A stretch of DNA of 63,764 bases, the filler included, from Reticulomyxa filosa (lineage: Eukaryota; Protista; Foraminifera), in assembly GCA_000512085.1 (NCBI GenBank). It is 24 parts of 24 records of this genome, joined end to end, with 100 filler letters (N's around TTAATTAATTAA, not from the genome) between each part and the next. Parts side by side here need not be neighbours in the genome. Positions count along the whole stretch, not along the records: positions 47,485 to 51,273 come from ASPP01035949.1; positions 51,374 to 53,303 come from ASPP01022178.1; positions 53,404 to 54,885 come from ASPP01010241.1; positions 54,986 to 56,661 come from ASPP01025808.1; positions 56,762 to 61,097 come from ASPP01006157.1; positions 61,198 to 62,572 come from ASPP01025219.1; positions 62,673 to 63,764 come from ASPP01011375.1; 17 more parts are not named here. One strand, written 5' to 3'. Below, piece after piece: positions 50,721 to 63,697 of the stretch; position 1 is the stretch's first letter, and each line of letters opens with the position of its first letter. The notes below the pieces were generated by a model. That model made no database searches. It had not been told where the DNA came from and worked only from the letters and a program-made list of their open reading frames with translations. Both the position numbers and the translations under genes were made by a program.

Positions 50721-52623
50721 AAAATGTATTTGTTATATTGAATAATCTGCTTCTTTGTCTTTATGTGTATTGATATATCAGTAGCTTCTTTAAACTTTCA
50801 ATAATATGCACATATGTGATCTTTATCTATTTATATTTTACTTCCAAATATTAGACCATTTGCCATTCTCGGCGATATAGTATCACTTTTAATTTGAATT
50901 TTTAATAATGATTATTCTTCCTCCGCATAAAAATATAAATGCACTGGATCACACTTAGCTATATTTTTTGTTATGCAATTGTATCATTTCATTTATGTAT
51001 ATGTATCAAAAATATAACCAAATTCGGATAGCACTGAGATAGTTATTGGTCCTTTTTCGTTGAATCTTTCATAAAACTTGCTTGTAAGAAAATTAATCAT
51101 TTCCACAGTATAATGATCTTAATGAAAGATTTTGATAATGATTATTTCTTATTACAAAAATTTTCTTTATAAAATAGCGTTTGAAAAATTATTTCATTGT
51201 TTAAGAAAATATTATATTAATATTAAATTATTTTCATTATATTTCATTAATTTTATTTGTTCCTTCATAATCANNNNNNNNNNNNNNNNNNNNNNNNNNN
51301 NNNNNNNNNNNNNNNNNTTAATTAATTAANNNNNNNNNNNNNNNNNNNNNNNNNNNNNNNNNNNNNNNNNNNNATCAAAAAATCTTCGATTATCACCAAT
51401 ATCCATTTGTTGCTACTCTCATTGTAAAGTTTGGATCTCAAAAAATAAATCTTCTTTTGCTTCATTTAATCAAGTAGAAATTTGAACAAATACACATTAA
51501 ATCCCAATTCGAGTTGTTGTTGTTTTTTTGTTAAAGTCCAATACTCCTCTTCATCGTCTTTTCATGCATGAAGTTAGACGATTGATGTTTATGTTTAAAA
51601 AGAGGTTTGTGTACTGTTACCCAATTCTAACACTCAACAATTGGGTACTGTATCTTTATTTTCAGAAAGCATAAAATCAAATCAATCGAAAGCATAAAAT
51701 CAATTCGGAGTTAGTATTTCTTCATAAAAACATTGACGTTTGATATTCAAATGTCTGAGTTAAATGACTAACATATAAATTTCACACACAAACGAGTAAA
51801 CAAATTGTCAATATATTGAATGTTATTCTATAAAGAGCTTTTCAGTTAGCGAAAAAATGGTCTTGTTCATGAGAGGAAAACATTGTCAACAAATAAACAC
51901 AAAGCAATCCATTTTTTTCTTCTGTTCTGAAGATTTTCAAACAAAGGATAATCTGATTTTGTATTATAAATATTATACTTTAATGCATAAAACGCAGAAA
52001 TAAGTAAGAAGTTATCTAGAAAAAACAAAAATCTATATTATTGTGCCAAAGAAACAATGGTGCATCACAATATCATATGCTCACTGAAGCAAAAACTAAT
52101 AGATTTATACTTTTGAAATCCGATAAATATACAACATTCTTAATGAAATTCAAATATATATTGCAATGATTTTACAAACAAAACATTTTCTCTGGGGGCT
52201 CCAAAGTTCATTTAGAACTCCGCTACTCATAACAGGGGCATACCCTGTACCACTGAATATAACTTACAATAATAAAAGTTATACTAAAATCGCACTTTAT
52301 GTTTACTAATTTTTCTTTTAATTAGTGGATAGTTTTCAGTGTCGTTCAATACCTCCAAAAACGTTTTCATCTTTTTATCCAATATGACGTTGTTCACTAG
52401 TCGTGGATAACTTAATTAAAATAAAGAATATACATTTACCCAATTGAAGTTTAAATGATATTACTGCTCATAAAATGACACGTATAAAATTTTTTGCGCA
52501 AAACCATAATTCAGTGATTGTAGAGGAAACCTCGCTTATAATGGAGTGATTGTTTTTCTTTTAATCAGAGTAAAAAAAAAAAGACGAATGGGGGAAAAAA
52601 ATTAAAAAAAAAAAAAGAAGGTC

Positions 52624-53160
52624 ATGTCAAGTAAGCCAACACTGAAGCAGAGACTATCTGATCTTGAAGATTCGAAAAGCATTGATACAGACATAAGATC
52701 AATAATAACATTGGATGAAGAAGTGATAGATTTGGACACAATAGCGAAGAGTGAGCTACTAGCAAGCAATGAGGAGATCCGCAACACAATGAGACAATAC
52801 ACGGCAGGAGGAAACAGAGAGATAAAAAGCAGCAGCAGTGAAGCGAACAAGATGACAGAAGAGGACCAAGGCCTCCCACACAAGCGCGGTGGTGCAGGAT
52901 ATGCGATCAACTACAATCAAACATTGCGCGTGCATATCGACGAGAACCAATACGTGACCATTCCCGTGACAACGGAGACAACGGTACGAGACGCAATTGA
53001 CTTTATCCAAAAAAGAAAAGGGTTTGATATCAATGAACACCAAGTCTATTTCTTTATCGACGCAAAGCTGCAGCCATTAGAAACCAAGCTGCATCTCTTT
53101 TTAAATAACACAGTCGCACATACCTTTGAAATTCAAATGAAGCCTAATTACATTAAAAGT
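52624..53160 (+). CDS. Protein with a Ras-association/ubiquitin-like domain, first exon
   Basis: TLRVHIDENQYVTIPVTTETTVRDAIDFIQKRKGF resembles the RA/FERM-F1 beta-grasp start; a (TA)-rich intron follows. Confidence 0.6.
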
Positions 53161-53559
53161 TGTTATTGTATATACATATATACATATATATGTATATACA
53201 TATATATGTATACATACGTATATATGTATATAAATGTAAACGAATGTCAATTGCGAATAATCGGGTGGGATATTCAATTCAAAAAAAAAAAAAAAAAAAA
53301 AAANNNNNNNNNNNNNNNNNNNNNNNNNNNNNNNNNNNNNNNNNNNNTTAATTAATTAANNNNNNNNNNNNNNNNNNNNNNNNNNNNNNNNNNNNNNNNN
53401 NNNTTTTTTTTTAATTATTACAATTTTTTTTTTTTTAATGGCTTAATTTTTCAAACAAGTGAACATGTTGTATGTGTATGTGTGTTGGGATGAAAGCATG
53501 ACGACACCAGAGAAGAGGCAAAAGTATACAAACCGTCGAGCTCATCAAGGGCATTTGGA

Positions 53560-54564
53560 ATGCCTGGCGCAGACATGGGTGTGGGCGTGGGCTTCAAGCC
53601 GTTGCAATTAAATGCGGAATTGAAAGAAAACGAGAAAGTAAATGGATCAGGACAGCAAGGGTCGACAACGTCAACGTCAACGACAACAACAACAACAACA
53701 ACAATGACAGCAATAACAGCAATAACAGCAACAACAACAACAACAACAACAACAGTAACAACAGAACAAAGAGCACAAAGGTGGGAAGGACCATTGAGTC
53801 GCTTTACCACGTATACGAGCGTGAAAGACCCAAAAGCGTGCCTGAGAGCGATTGAACAGTCACTGCACAAGATGGAGAAAAACAAGCTAGTGGACTGGGA
53901 GGTGAAAGGCTATAATGTGTTTGGACGAATGTACGATGGATTGGAGATGAGTGAATACATGATCAATGTGTACATAAGCGGTGAGACGGAACAGTTCCAA
54001 TCGGTCATTGAAGTTCGTCGAGCGAGTGGAGACGCATTTGTGCACGACAAATTTTTTTGTCAAATACTCAACTTGTTAGGGGAGGAAGACATTGTGGAAC
54101 GCAAGACGGACAGCCATAACGAACTGAATGAAGATGAGGACGAGGATGCTTGTAACAACATTGAAACAGGAGCCTTTGGAATTGGATTGGCGGGACTGTC
54201 GTCATTGCAACCCTTGTCCTTGTCTCCTGACGACTTGGCCGCCATTGACGCCGATCTGTTGAATGAACTGGCCTCTTCCAAAGACATCGTCAGCGACGAT
54301 GATACCGTCTTTAGTGAGGTTACCGAATCGACCATGACGACGACGACGACGACGACGACAACGTCAGCTCAACAATTGGCAGATGAACTCATCGAAGTGG
54401 TAACGGACAAAGACTCATTCCAAGAAGTGCTTCGACATTCCTCGGGAGTATTGGTCCAAGAGTTACAAAGCAATACTCCTTTGTTGGATTACGTCGTTAC
54501 GCAAAAAGATATTATTGAAAGGTTGATCAAACCCTTGACTGGAGATTTTTATGACACCTTAATT
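53560..54564 (+). CDS. Low-complexity protein with a KA1-like domain, partial
   Basis: YMINVY...SVIEVRRASGDAFVHDKFFCQI resembles the KA1/kinase C-terminal fold; poly-Thr tracts; donor at 54565. Confidence 0.55.
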
Positions 54565-54985
54565 GTTAACTTTTTTTTTTTTTTTTTTTTGCTTCTTCCT
54601 TTTTTCTTTAAATAACTTGCAAAAACATTTTTTTTTTGTTGGCCCCCACAACAACCAAGTTGGATGGATTTTTCACATTTGAACATTTTGCACAAAGATA
54701 CGAAACGTATTGCAAGCCGTAAAGCAATTGTTGCAACATGAAAACTCCAAAGTTTCTGTGTACAGCAATTGTTCAAAAGACATTCGTGATTTGAAAAGGA
54801 AATGGACAACAAGTGTTCAACACCGTTACATTGACGTATGCTGTCTCTTCTGATACATACATACACATATATTATATTTATTTATNNNNNNNNNNNNNNN
54901 NNNNNNNNNNNNNNNNNNNNNNNNNNNNNTTAATTAATTAANNNNNNNNNNNNNNNNNNNNNNNNNNNNNNNNNNNNNNNNNNNN

Positions 54986-55267
54986 CAATTGAGCAAATGA
55001 GATAAATGGTATGTAATTGTCCCAGTTTTTAGAGTTTTGCATACTTGTAATCAAACCGTAAATTCACAATACACCAACCATGACCACAGGAATAATATTT
55101 TTTATCACTGTACTTGGGTTCAATACACCCATACTTGCCAGTGCTACACCTGCCTTTGCGGTCTCGTAAGTTGGTCCTAAACATGACAAAGATATCGAAA
55201 AGGTAATTCCCAAACACTCAAATATGGTATATGCCACTGAGGGAAATTCATAAGTTACCGACGACAT
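54986..55267 (-). pseudogene. V-ATPase 16 kDa proteolipid subunit c pseudogene
   Basis: [45 protein letters not shown]; TGA replaces the Gly of GIYGL, other conserved Gly/Ala residues are changed, and helix 2 appears shortened. Confidence 0.88.
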
Positions 55268-56884
55268 TTTTCAAGACTTATTTATTGAAAAAGATCAAGT
55301 GTCAATGGGAAGGGTTCCAAACGTCCTTTTTTCGTATCAAAAACACTTGAGAAAACTGAAGCCTGTATTTTGCAACAAAAGATGGGATGAAAATCTTTTG
55401 TTGTTTAGCAGAAAGAAATGGATTATTAAAGGATGATTGAAGAAAATCCATTTTATCAAAACGAGAAGCAAGGAAAAAATTTTGATGTGAAGTAGTATTA
55501 TCTCTCAAAAGTGTTGTTTTGACAAGAAATGAACTGTCCATGTTTTAGTGTTTTCTTTTTTTCTTCTTAAAAAAAAGGATTATAGCATTTATTAACTTAT
55601 TTTCCGGTGTTATCAATGGAACTTTCTTTGAAAAATTTCTTATTGCAAAGAGGTACCAACTGAAATAGTGTCGATTTTTTAGAAAAAAACACAGTAAAGC
55701 AGGGACTTTGAAGTATTAAAAAAAACCCACCCAAAGTTCAGTGATCACTGATATGCAAAAGACAACACGTATAGCTTTAAATGGCATTGCAGATGTGGAA
55801 AAACAAATGAAATGTAATGAATTATTGCATTTATGCGTGGAATTAGTCAGTAGCGGTAGAAGCTTGGAACCTTGAACTAATTTCTTCTCGAATTGACACC
55901 AGCAGTTGAACTATGAGCTTGCAGTTAATATGCCCACAAACTAATAATACACATCCATGGAATTTATATTTGGCAACACAAGACAATATATTAATCTACA
56001 ATGTCCAAAGAACAGTTAAAGATATTTTCATTTTGATATCTTCAAATACTCGCGCATATGAAATTGGACTTGTAACATATTATGATTTGACTTCCACATA
56101 ACAGCAAAATTTTTTGATCATAGACTCATGAACCATACTTGAAGTTATGTTTGACGTTTATTACAGCACTTGCTCTATGAACAATATCAAAATTGATATA
56201 GTCTGATATGAATAAAGCCAAGAAAATGTTTACAATAATTTGACAATGGAATATGGAATGACAATTTATATTGAATGATAAAATGATAATAATTGCAATG
56301 ATACTAAATGAACAATCGACAAACGAATATCCAATAACGTAATTATTATGGGGCAAGCAATCTTAGATGTACCATTGTCACATTATTAGATGAAGAGCAA
56401 CAAAGAATATAAACAAATAACAGAAAGTATATTAAAGTTAGTGGGATTAAAGAATGGAGCCAAGTAGATCTGTTATATCATATGCCTTTAATTGGACTAT
56501 ATCGACGTCCAATGTTTTTTTTTCACTTGGTGCTCATAGGCCAAAAAAAGGAGATTGAAAAAGATTATTGGATGATCTCGAATTTTTATGTCGAGTTGAA
56601 TACTTTTGGCCTCCTTCAATTTTATTGTGGTGTCTCCACTGGGCCAACTTCTTTTTTTTTANNNNNNNNNNNNNNNNNNNNNNNNNNNNNNNNNNNNNNN
56701 NNNNNTTAATTAATTAANNNNNNNNNNNNNNNNNNNNNNNNNNNNNNNNNNNNNNNNNNNNTTTTTTTTTTTTTTTTTTTTTTTTTGCACAAAAAAAAAA
56801 AAAATAAAAAATAAATTGTTTAAAGGCTAAGTTGTGATTTGTTCATATCAAAAGAAAACAAACACAAAAAAAAGTAAAAAAATA

Positions 56885-57751
56885 TTAACTTTCGTAATTC
56901 CATGGTGTCAGCCAAACCAGCCGATATCTGGGTCAATCCAAAAATACTCGACAATGCTCCTAAAACCACTCCCAAAGAATACACTGCGGTCAGCGACCAC
57001 ATGATAAATGAATTGCCGTCGTGAAAGATACAATGCCCATGCGATTGAATGCTTGTCCAATAAGCGACACTTCCTCCTGCAATGCTCAGTGACCAAGTCA
57101 CGGATTGTACCCGTCGCACTGTTTCGGAATTGGGATATAATGGATAAAGAAATGATATCAATAAGTCATAACATATTCCAATAAAATAAAACGCCGAAGC
57201 AAGATAAAATACAGTTGACGACGTTGCAATATATATACAAATATTATCCTTAAGAGTCCCATACACATACCCATCAACAAACATAACACACACTCATTCG
57301 TGTTGTCAATAAGCCACAAGTTACAAACACAAAAATTTATATATTCAACACATTATGGCCGGAGGCAATGTCCAATAATTTCCAGATTAACATTACTATT
57401 GCCAACAAGAGATGCGAGATACATCGTCCAAAAATAATTGGAGCTGGGTGTCGACGAAAATTCTTTTTTTTTTTGTTGCAAGGTACAGCACGTTTTACAA
57501 GGGGAGGAGAGAAAAACTTTTTCGATAAACTGACCCCGTTTGGATTAGTAAAGTGGACTCAACTTTATTGCGAAGGTATGTCGACATCACAAATAAGCAT
57601 AGTGGAATAGCCAATGCTTTTTTTGAGGGAAAATACAAACATTTCTATCCTTGTTTTGTTTTTGTCTTTTTTTGACTGAAGAAGTCATACGCCTACCTGA
57701 ACTCAGCAGATACTGTGTGTTATCCGCTGTATATCTATGTTCATAGACCAT
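56885..57751 (-). CDS. 7TM receptor N-terminal part, cAMP-receptor/GPCR-PIPK-like, 3'-truncated
   Basis: Spliced TM1-TM5: ALAIPLCLFVMSTYLRNK|NFRRHPAPIIFGRCISHLLLA...YFIGICYDLLISFLYP...TWSLSI...GHCIF...AGLADTMELR. Confidence 0.7.
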
Positions 57752-58557
57752 TTTCCTCAACACAGATTAGATATGACAGGAGCGAAGCAAATTCTCCTAA
57801 AAAAGAATTACTGATTAACCGGGATCAGAATTATTTTTTCCTTATATTTTTTTTTTAAGCGGTATACTCGTCAAGTTTGTAGTATTTTGTTCAATATGAA
57901 ATGCAATACCAAAAAAGAAAAAGAAAGCAACTTTTCCGCACATTACCATTTTGAAAATTTTGTAGAAATGATAATTTTATTAAACTTTAAAAATCCAAAA
58001 ATCCTTTAACGTGAAAAAAAAGAGAACTCAGTTGCTAAATCGTTACGCTTTAATATAAACTTGGCTGTTTTAAAGTTTTTCCTACGTTTGCATTCTTACA
58101 ATATTGATGATACAACTTTTCTAAAGTTGGAAAAGTACAAGTGTGGTGCAGTAGTGCAATTCTTCAATAAGTAAGAACAAATTGATAGTGAATAGATGTA
58201 AGCAATCAAACATTGGAAAAAAAAAAGCCGTAATTGATCATGGTTCAATTGTCAAATAACTCTCATTGGATTTTTTTGGCAAACATTAGACAAGACACGT
58301 GAAAGACATTGCAAAACAAAACACAAAACAAACAACCAAAAATCAAAACAAAAAAATGTGCATTGAGTGCACGAGTGAATGCCTTGTGAAGAAAAAAAAA
58401 TCACTTGCGGTGGAATTTTATGTCAAAACAACAACAAAAAAAAGATGGCGAAACAAACATAAAAAACAAGACAAAACAAAAATAAAATGAAATCAATCCT
58501 TATTTTTTTTTAATTTTCAGATAACAGCTGGAAAAAAAAAAAGAATTTCTTTAAATT

Positions 58558-59038
58558 TTAGTCCCTGTGGACAAATTCTTGTGTGACAGGTGTGGCTAAT
58601 CTTCTGCTCAAAGTGGATAATCTTAGATTATATCGAGGGATGTGCTGTCTTTGTGGATTGGTGAAGACGTCATTATCATGAATTAGAGATTGGTTGTTCA
58701 TTTGTGAATAATTGCAACCATGATGTCTGGCAAGGTTGTTTTGTGTTTGTTGAATAATGCGATTTTTGATGTCGGTGCATTTGTTATCGACTTCTCTGGA
58801 CGCACTCGTCAGCTGCGGTGGTTCACTTCCAGTGATGAAAGAAGAGGAAGACGACGACGACGAAGAAGAAGAAGAGCATGATTTAGACGCTTTGTGTCGC
58901 ATTCTACTGCCAGAATAGGAAGACAGTTGATTGCTTATGACATTTGCTCGAGTATTGTCATCATCAGTGTCATCGCCATCGTCATCTTCGTCATCTTCAT
59001 CATCTTCGTTATCTTTGTCGTCTTCGTCATTGTCACTG

Positions 59039-59081
<43 letters not shown>

Positions 59082-59951
59082 CATTGTCATTGTCATCGTT
59101 GTTGTCATCACGAATGCGATCGACATTGTTCGAATTATTGCAATGTTTATGTCCAATATTAGCGCTCTGGCTTGGATTGCAATTGCTCTGAGCAGTGCTC
59201 TCTGGCGCTCTTCTATTTGACAAACGTCGTCGCTTCGGAACAGGCAGTAATCGACTGTTTTCCACTGATTGTGTGCGAAATATTTTTATATTTTTGAGTT
59301 ATTTATTTCATTCAATTTATCTGTTTGTCTGTTTGTTTATTTGTTTATATTATTTATTTTGTTTATTTAATGTTTGACCCCAAACTCGATTGTCTTCGTC
59401 GCTTTTGGCATTTGTTGCCAGGAACATTCCGCGAACGAACGAGCTCCTCTGTTGGAACGGGGTTTGTCAGCAATTGCTGTTGTTCGTCCGTTTGTGGATG
59501 ACAATGATTTTTTTTCTCTTTGTCTTGTTCCTTGTTTATTTCCAGCTCTTTATCTTTATCTTTATCTTTGTCTTTGTCTTTGTCATCCAATGCTTTGATT
59601 TCATGCATTGTGGATTGCCAATATCGATTTCTTTGCTGCAAACGCTGTTCGGCAAAATGTGAATACAAATTTTCTAATTTTTTGTGAGCTTGCTTGACTT
59701 GAGTCGCCGTGATTTTTTGTTTCATTTGAGTCTTGCCAAATTTGTGAGTTTTCAAGTTGTGGAAACCACGATAAAACACACGCACATTTGTGACATCATC
59801 CAACGCGTTCCAATAGCGAAGGCCGTTCTGCGAACTTTTGTTCTTTAAGTTCATAGGGATGTCTGGGTCCAACAAACAATCGTACAATACCCGCAAATGT
59901 CGTTTACTCACTACGCGTGTCCATCTATTAATGGAATAAATGTATATATAA

Positions 59952-59982
<31 letters not shown>

Positions 59983-60985
59983 TATGTATATAACAAAATA
60001 ACAGAGGACCAAAAAGCAACGTGTAGCTTGCATTTAGGAATTTGGCACAAAACTGACTTCCATGAAAAGCACACCAATGGACTCTGCAAAATAAATCATG
60101 AATGGACTTCATTTCTTTGGTTGGGTCAAATGGCATTTCGTCGGCGTCATTCATTTCTTGTACAATGGCCGCTCGACTCGATCTGTGTTCTCGGCGCTTG
60201 TATTTGGTTGGGTTGCTATTGGTCCGTGCTGTTATTTCCATCGCAATGACTGCATTCGCAGTCGATTTATTTGCTTTTGCTTCAGTCATTTCTGTTCGAT
60301 TGGGACCATCTGTAATTTCGACGCTATTTTCTGCACTTTGAATTGCTTTCGATGGGTCCGTTGACAGTGGTTCATTTTCAGCACTTTGCACGTTCAATGA
60401 ACTTGATTGCTTTTTGTCGCTTTTTTCGAGCATGTTTACATTTGTCTTGTCTTCAGAATTACCTCTTTTTTCTTGTTCTTTTTCTTTATTTGTCTCTGTT
60501 TGTTGCTGCTTGCCTGCATTGTCCTCTTTTTCTTGTCTTGTTCCTTCTTGTACTTGTGCTTCTCCTTGTCTCCTCCCTTTTTTTTTATTATCGTCGTCAT
60601 TACCATCCACGTCATCGATAGCATAACTATCACCATCGCAATTGCTGCCATCGTTCTCGGCAACCCTGTTTTGTTTGGATTTTAATGCATCTGGGTCCAT
60701 CTGCATGATGTCCATGTCCATATCCGAACATGCACTTTTGCGGTAATGCAGTCCTTTGTAACACTCAATCAGTTCTTCAATTTTCTGTTGCAAACATTCG
60801 TCATTCAGAAGTTTGCTGACGTGAGATATGCGCACTTGTCGCAGTTTCAAGAGTTGTTCTCGATACGTGGATACGTGTTGCGTCAGTGTTTGGAATCGTT
60901 GCGGGTTCGAGCTGCTTTGTCTCGGTACGAGTGGCCAGTTTTCAATTTCCGCAGGTTTGAAGTCGGCATGTTCTTCATACCATGT
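58558..60985 (-). CDS. Large low-complexity protein, 3' part, function unknown
   Basis: Long same-strand ORFs 59363-60850 (frame open from about 60985) and 58558-59265 separated by intron-like DNA; poly-N/D/S tracts. Confidence 0.7.
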
Positions 60986-61065
60986 CTAATGGTTTGTTGA
61001 TTTTGTTTGTTTTGGGAAGTAGTTACGTACAGATAAATATATAAATGTATATGTATATATATATG

Positions 61066-61097
<32 letters not shown>

Positions 61098-61204
61098 NNN
61101 NNNNNNNNNNNNNNNNNNNNNNNNNNNNNNNNNNNNNNNNNTTAATTAATTAANNNNNNNNNNNNNNNNNNNNNNNNNNNNNNNNNNNNNNNNNNNNCTA
61201 GTAG

Positions 61205-62572
61205 ATGAGCAGGACAACCAAGAAAACAATAAATAGTGGAAGCAAGATGTCTCGACATATAGATCAACAAAGCAAATCATCATATCTTCCGTTAGTTCAA
61301 GAGCCCTCGAATATGAATTTAGTTCAAACAATCAACCGTAACAGTGGCAGCCTTTCAACAATTTCGAATGGGTTCATTGAAGACGTGGGAAACCGCAGAC
61401 CAAGTGCAATAGTCCACCCTGAAGAAAATGGGACAAAATAATTGCGACAAGCAAACAAATAAGATGGGGAAAAAAAATCGAATAGCACACATCAAAGAAG
61501 GCACCCGACAAAAATTCTACAACGTACACTCCAAAGAAGGAGAGAGAAAAAGGAAGCAATGAAAAGAAAATTGTGTGTTGTTATTTCAATATAAAAATCA
61601 ATGCTTGCATCAGAAAGACGAGGAATTGGACTCGTTGTACGCAGAAGCGGTAACACTACGTAAGAACGGACAACATGAAAAATCATTGCAATTGTTTGAG
61701 CAATTGTCGGAAGGCCTATCACAATTAATATGGGATACTGTTGCAGCTGCAGTATCAATGAATGTAAATCAAAACCAAAAATTGCAACAGCAACGAGAAA
61801 AGGATGATTTACTGAACAAAGCAGAGCAGCAATTCCAAGTAATATACGTATATGTACATGTACATATATAATGTTTAGTGTGTAAAATGAAAATGTGACT
61901 GAAATTGCAATATAGAAAGCAATAAGCATTGAGCCAATGAATTTTATCTACTTGGCCAACTACGCAGATTTGCTGCGGGTGAACGCGGTGGAATATTATC
62001 AAAAGGCGTTGAAATTGAACCCAACTCATCCAGTGACCAATAGCAACTATGCGTATTTGTTGCATATGTACTTGAAGCAGTACAGCAAGGCGTGCGAACA
62101 CTACCAACAATGTATGGAGTTTAACAGCCATGATTTCATCGTTGCAACCAATTATGTGTTGAAAGAATACCACCAAGCGATTTCCCTTCTCAGTTTTGAG
62201 AAGAGAAAAAGATATACATATATGTACATATATATACATGTATATGTGTATAACAATAAAATATAGAAAATTTTCCAACCGAAGATGTAATGGCTCAAAA
62301 CTTGATGAAGAAAATAATAAATGCGAAAATCAAAGCTCTGGAGGTGCCGCAAAGCAACACAGGCAATGACATTGACTCGAGTTTGACAGACGTCCCCAAT
62401 CGTAATCGAACGGATACGGAACCCGACTTGCCTCAAGAGCACTCTGCGTTCAAACCTAAAATCGAGCTTATGATGAAGCCCAATAACTATCCATCTCCTT
62501 CCGTTCAACCTTTAATGCATCCCAGTGCCAATATGATCTCCAATGTAAACAATAGCAATAGCAATAGCAATA
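61205..62572 (+). CDS. Intron-containing TPR protein, partial
   Basis: AVEYYQKALKLNPTHPVTNSNYAYLLHMYLKQYSKACEHYQQCMEFN. Confidence 0.75.
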
Positions 62573-62721
62573 NNNNNNNNNNNNNNNNNNNNNNNNNNNN
62601 NNNNNNNNNNNNNNNNTTAATTAATTAANNNNNNNNNNNNNNNNNNNNNNNNNNNNNNNNNNNNNNNNNNNNAGTACTTACGATAACTTGGTTTATTCAT
62701 TTAATTTGTATATGCATGCAG

Positions 62722-63697
62722 AACGGTATTGAGGCGTACCAAAGCAACGGGGTATGTTTTTTACGAAACGAACGATGGATGTTGATTGTATTTGGGATAA
62801 TTCCGACGATACTGCTGATAACCATTTGCTCGTCCACGATGAGCTATTCGGCTCGCTTGCTGTATGTGGAGCTGCAACTTGTTCGTGCTGCACGCTTAAT
62901 CATGAATGACGTGTCCGGCCTAGTGCGTCGACTGATCGCGTTCGCGTTGCTGTCTGTCATCCCAGCGGTCATTGTTTTGTCTTTGCAACTGTACTGGTTG
63001 GTCCAATTCAACTCCGACCATTCCCATTGGCTCTCCTGGCTCCATTGTGTCCAGTCGCACCCCTCTGGTTCATTATCGCAGAAGTCGCGACAAGTCGTGT
63101 TCGACGATTGCGTACGTTTCACTCGATCTACCTCCACTATTTATACCTTTGTATTTGGCTATGTTTTCATACCAATCTTATTTCTTTCAAGGTTAGATGA
63201 AGCAGAAACAAATAAAGAGATACAGAGAGAGATAGAGAGATGGAAGGGGGACAATGAAAAGGATCGAAAGATCTATTTTATATACATATATATATGTGTA
63301 TATGTATATAAATATATCGCAACAACAAAACAACTTTAGCAATGTGGGCGTATTATTGCTGACATGCCATCGACGGACAATCGATCGATGGGGTCACGCG
63401 TTCATGTTGGCCAAAAAAGCCGTTTTCAAAATCTTCAGCTCTCCACTCATATCGATGTCGTCGGAAATAAGTGTGCCGAGCAGTCTAGGCGAAAAGACGT
63501 GGAGCTATGGAGACTCGGACGATGAGAAACACAACTTCGTTGCAGCTCAGCCACACACGCTACAGCCGCACCCAACTGTGCCACAAGAGGACGTCCTTGA
63601 GACATTAAAAGGGGATATTCTCTTATCGGCTCCTGCCAACAATACCAATGATAGAGATGGCAATACTAATAATAACATTAGCAATAGCAATAATAAC

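Noticed and set aside
55064-55066. TGA recoding in V-ATPase subunit c
   Set aside because: Other conserved residues are also mutated and TGA ends other genes here; a GGA-to-TGA change in a pseudogene fits better.
2112-62672. Regularly recurring TTAATTAATTAA as a CRISPR-like or biological repeat
   Set aside because: Always centred in N44 blocks; a synthetic six-frame-stop linker. ORFs ending in X...LIN are artefacts of it.
39570-63391. DEP gene plus Frizzled-like gene as a Dishevelled-Frizzled pathway
   Set aside because: Unlinked contigs; the DEP is fused to an oxidoreductase and no DIX or PDZ domain is seen.
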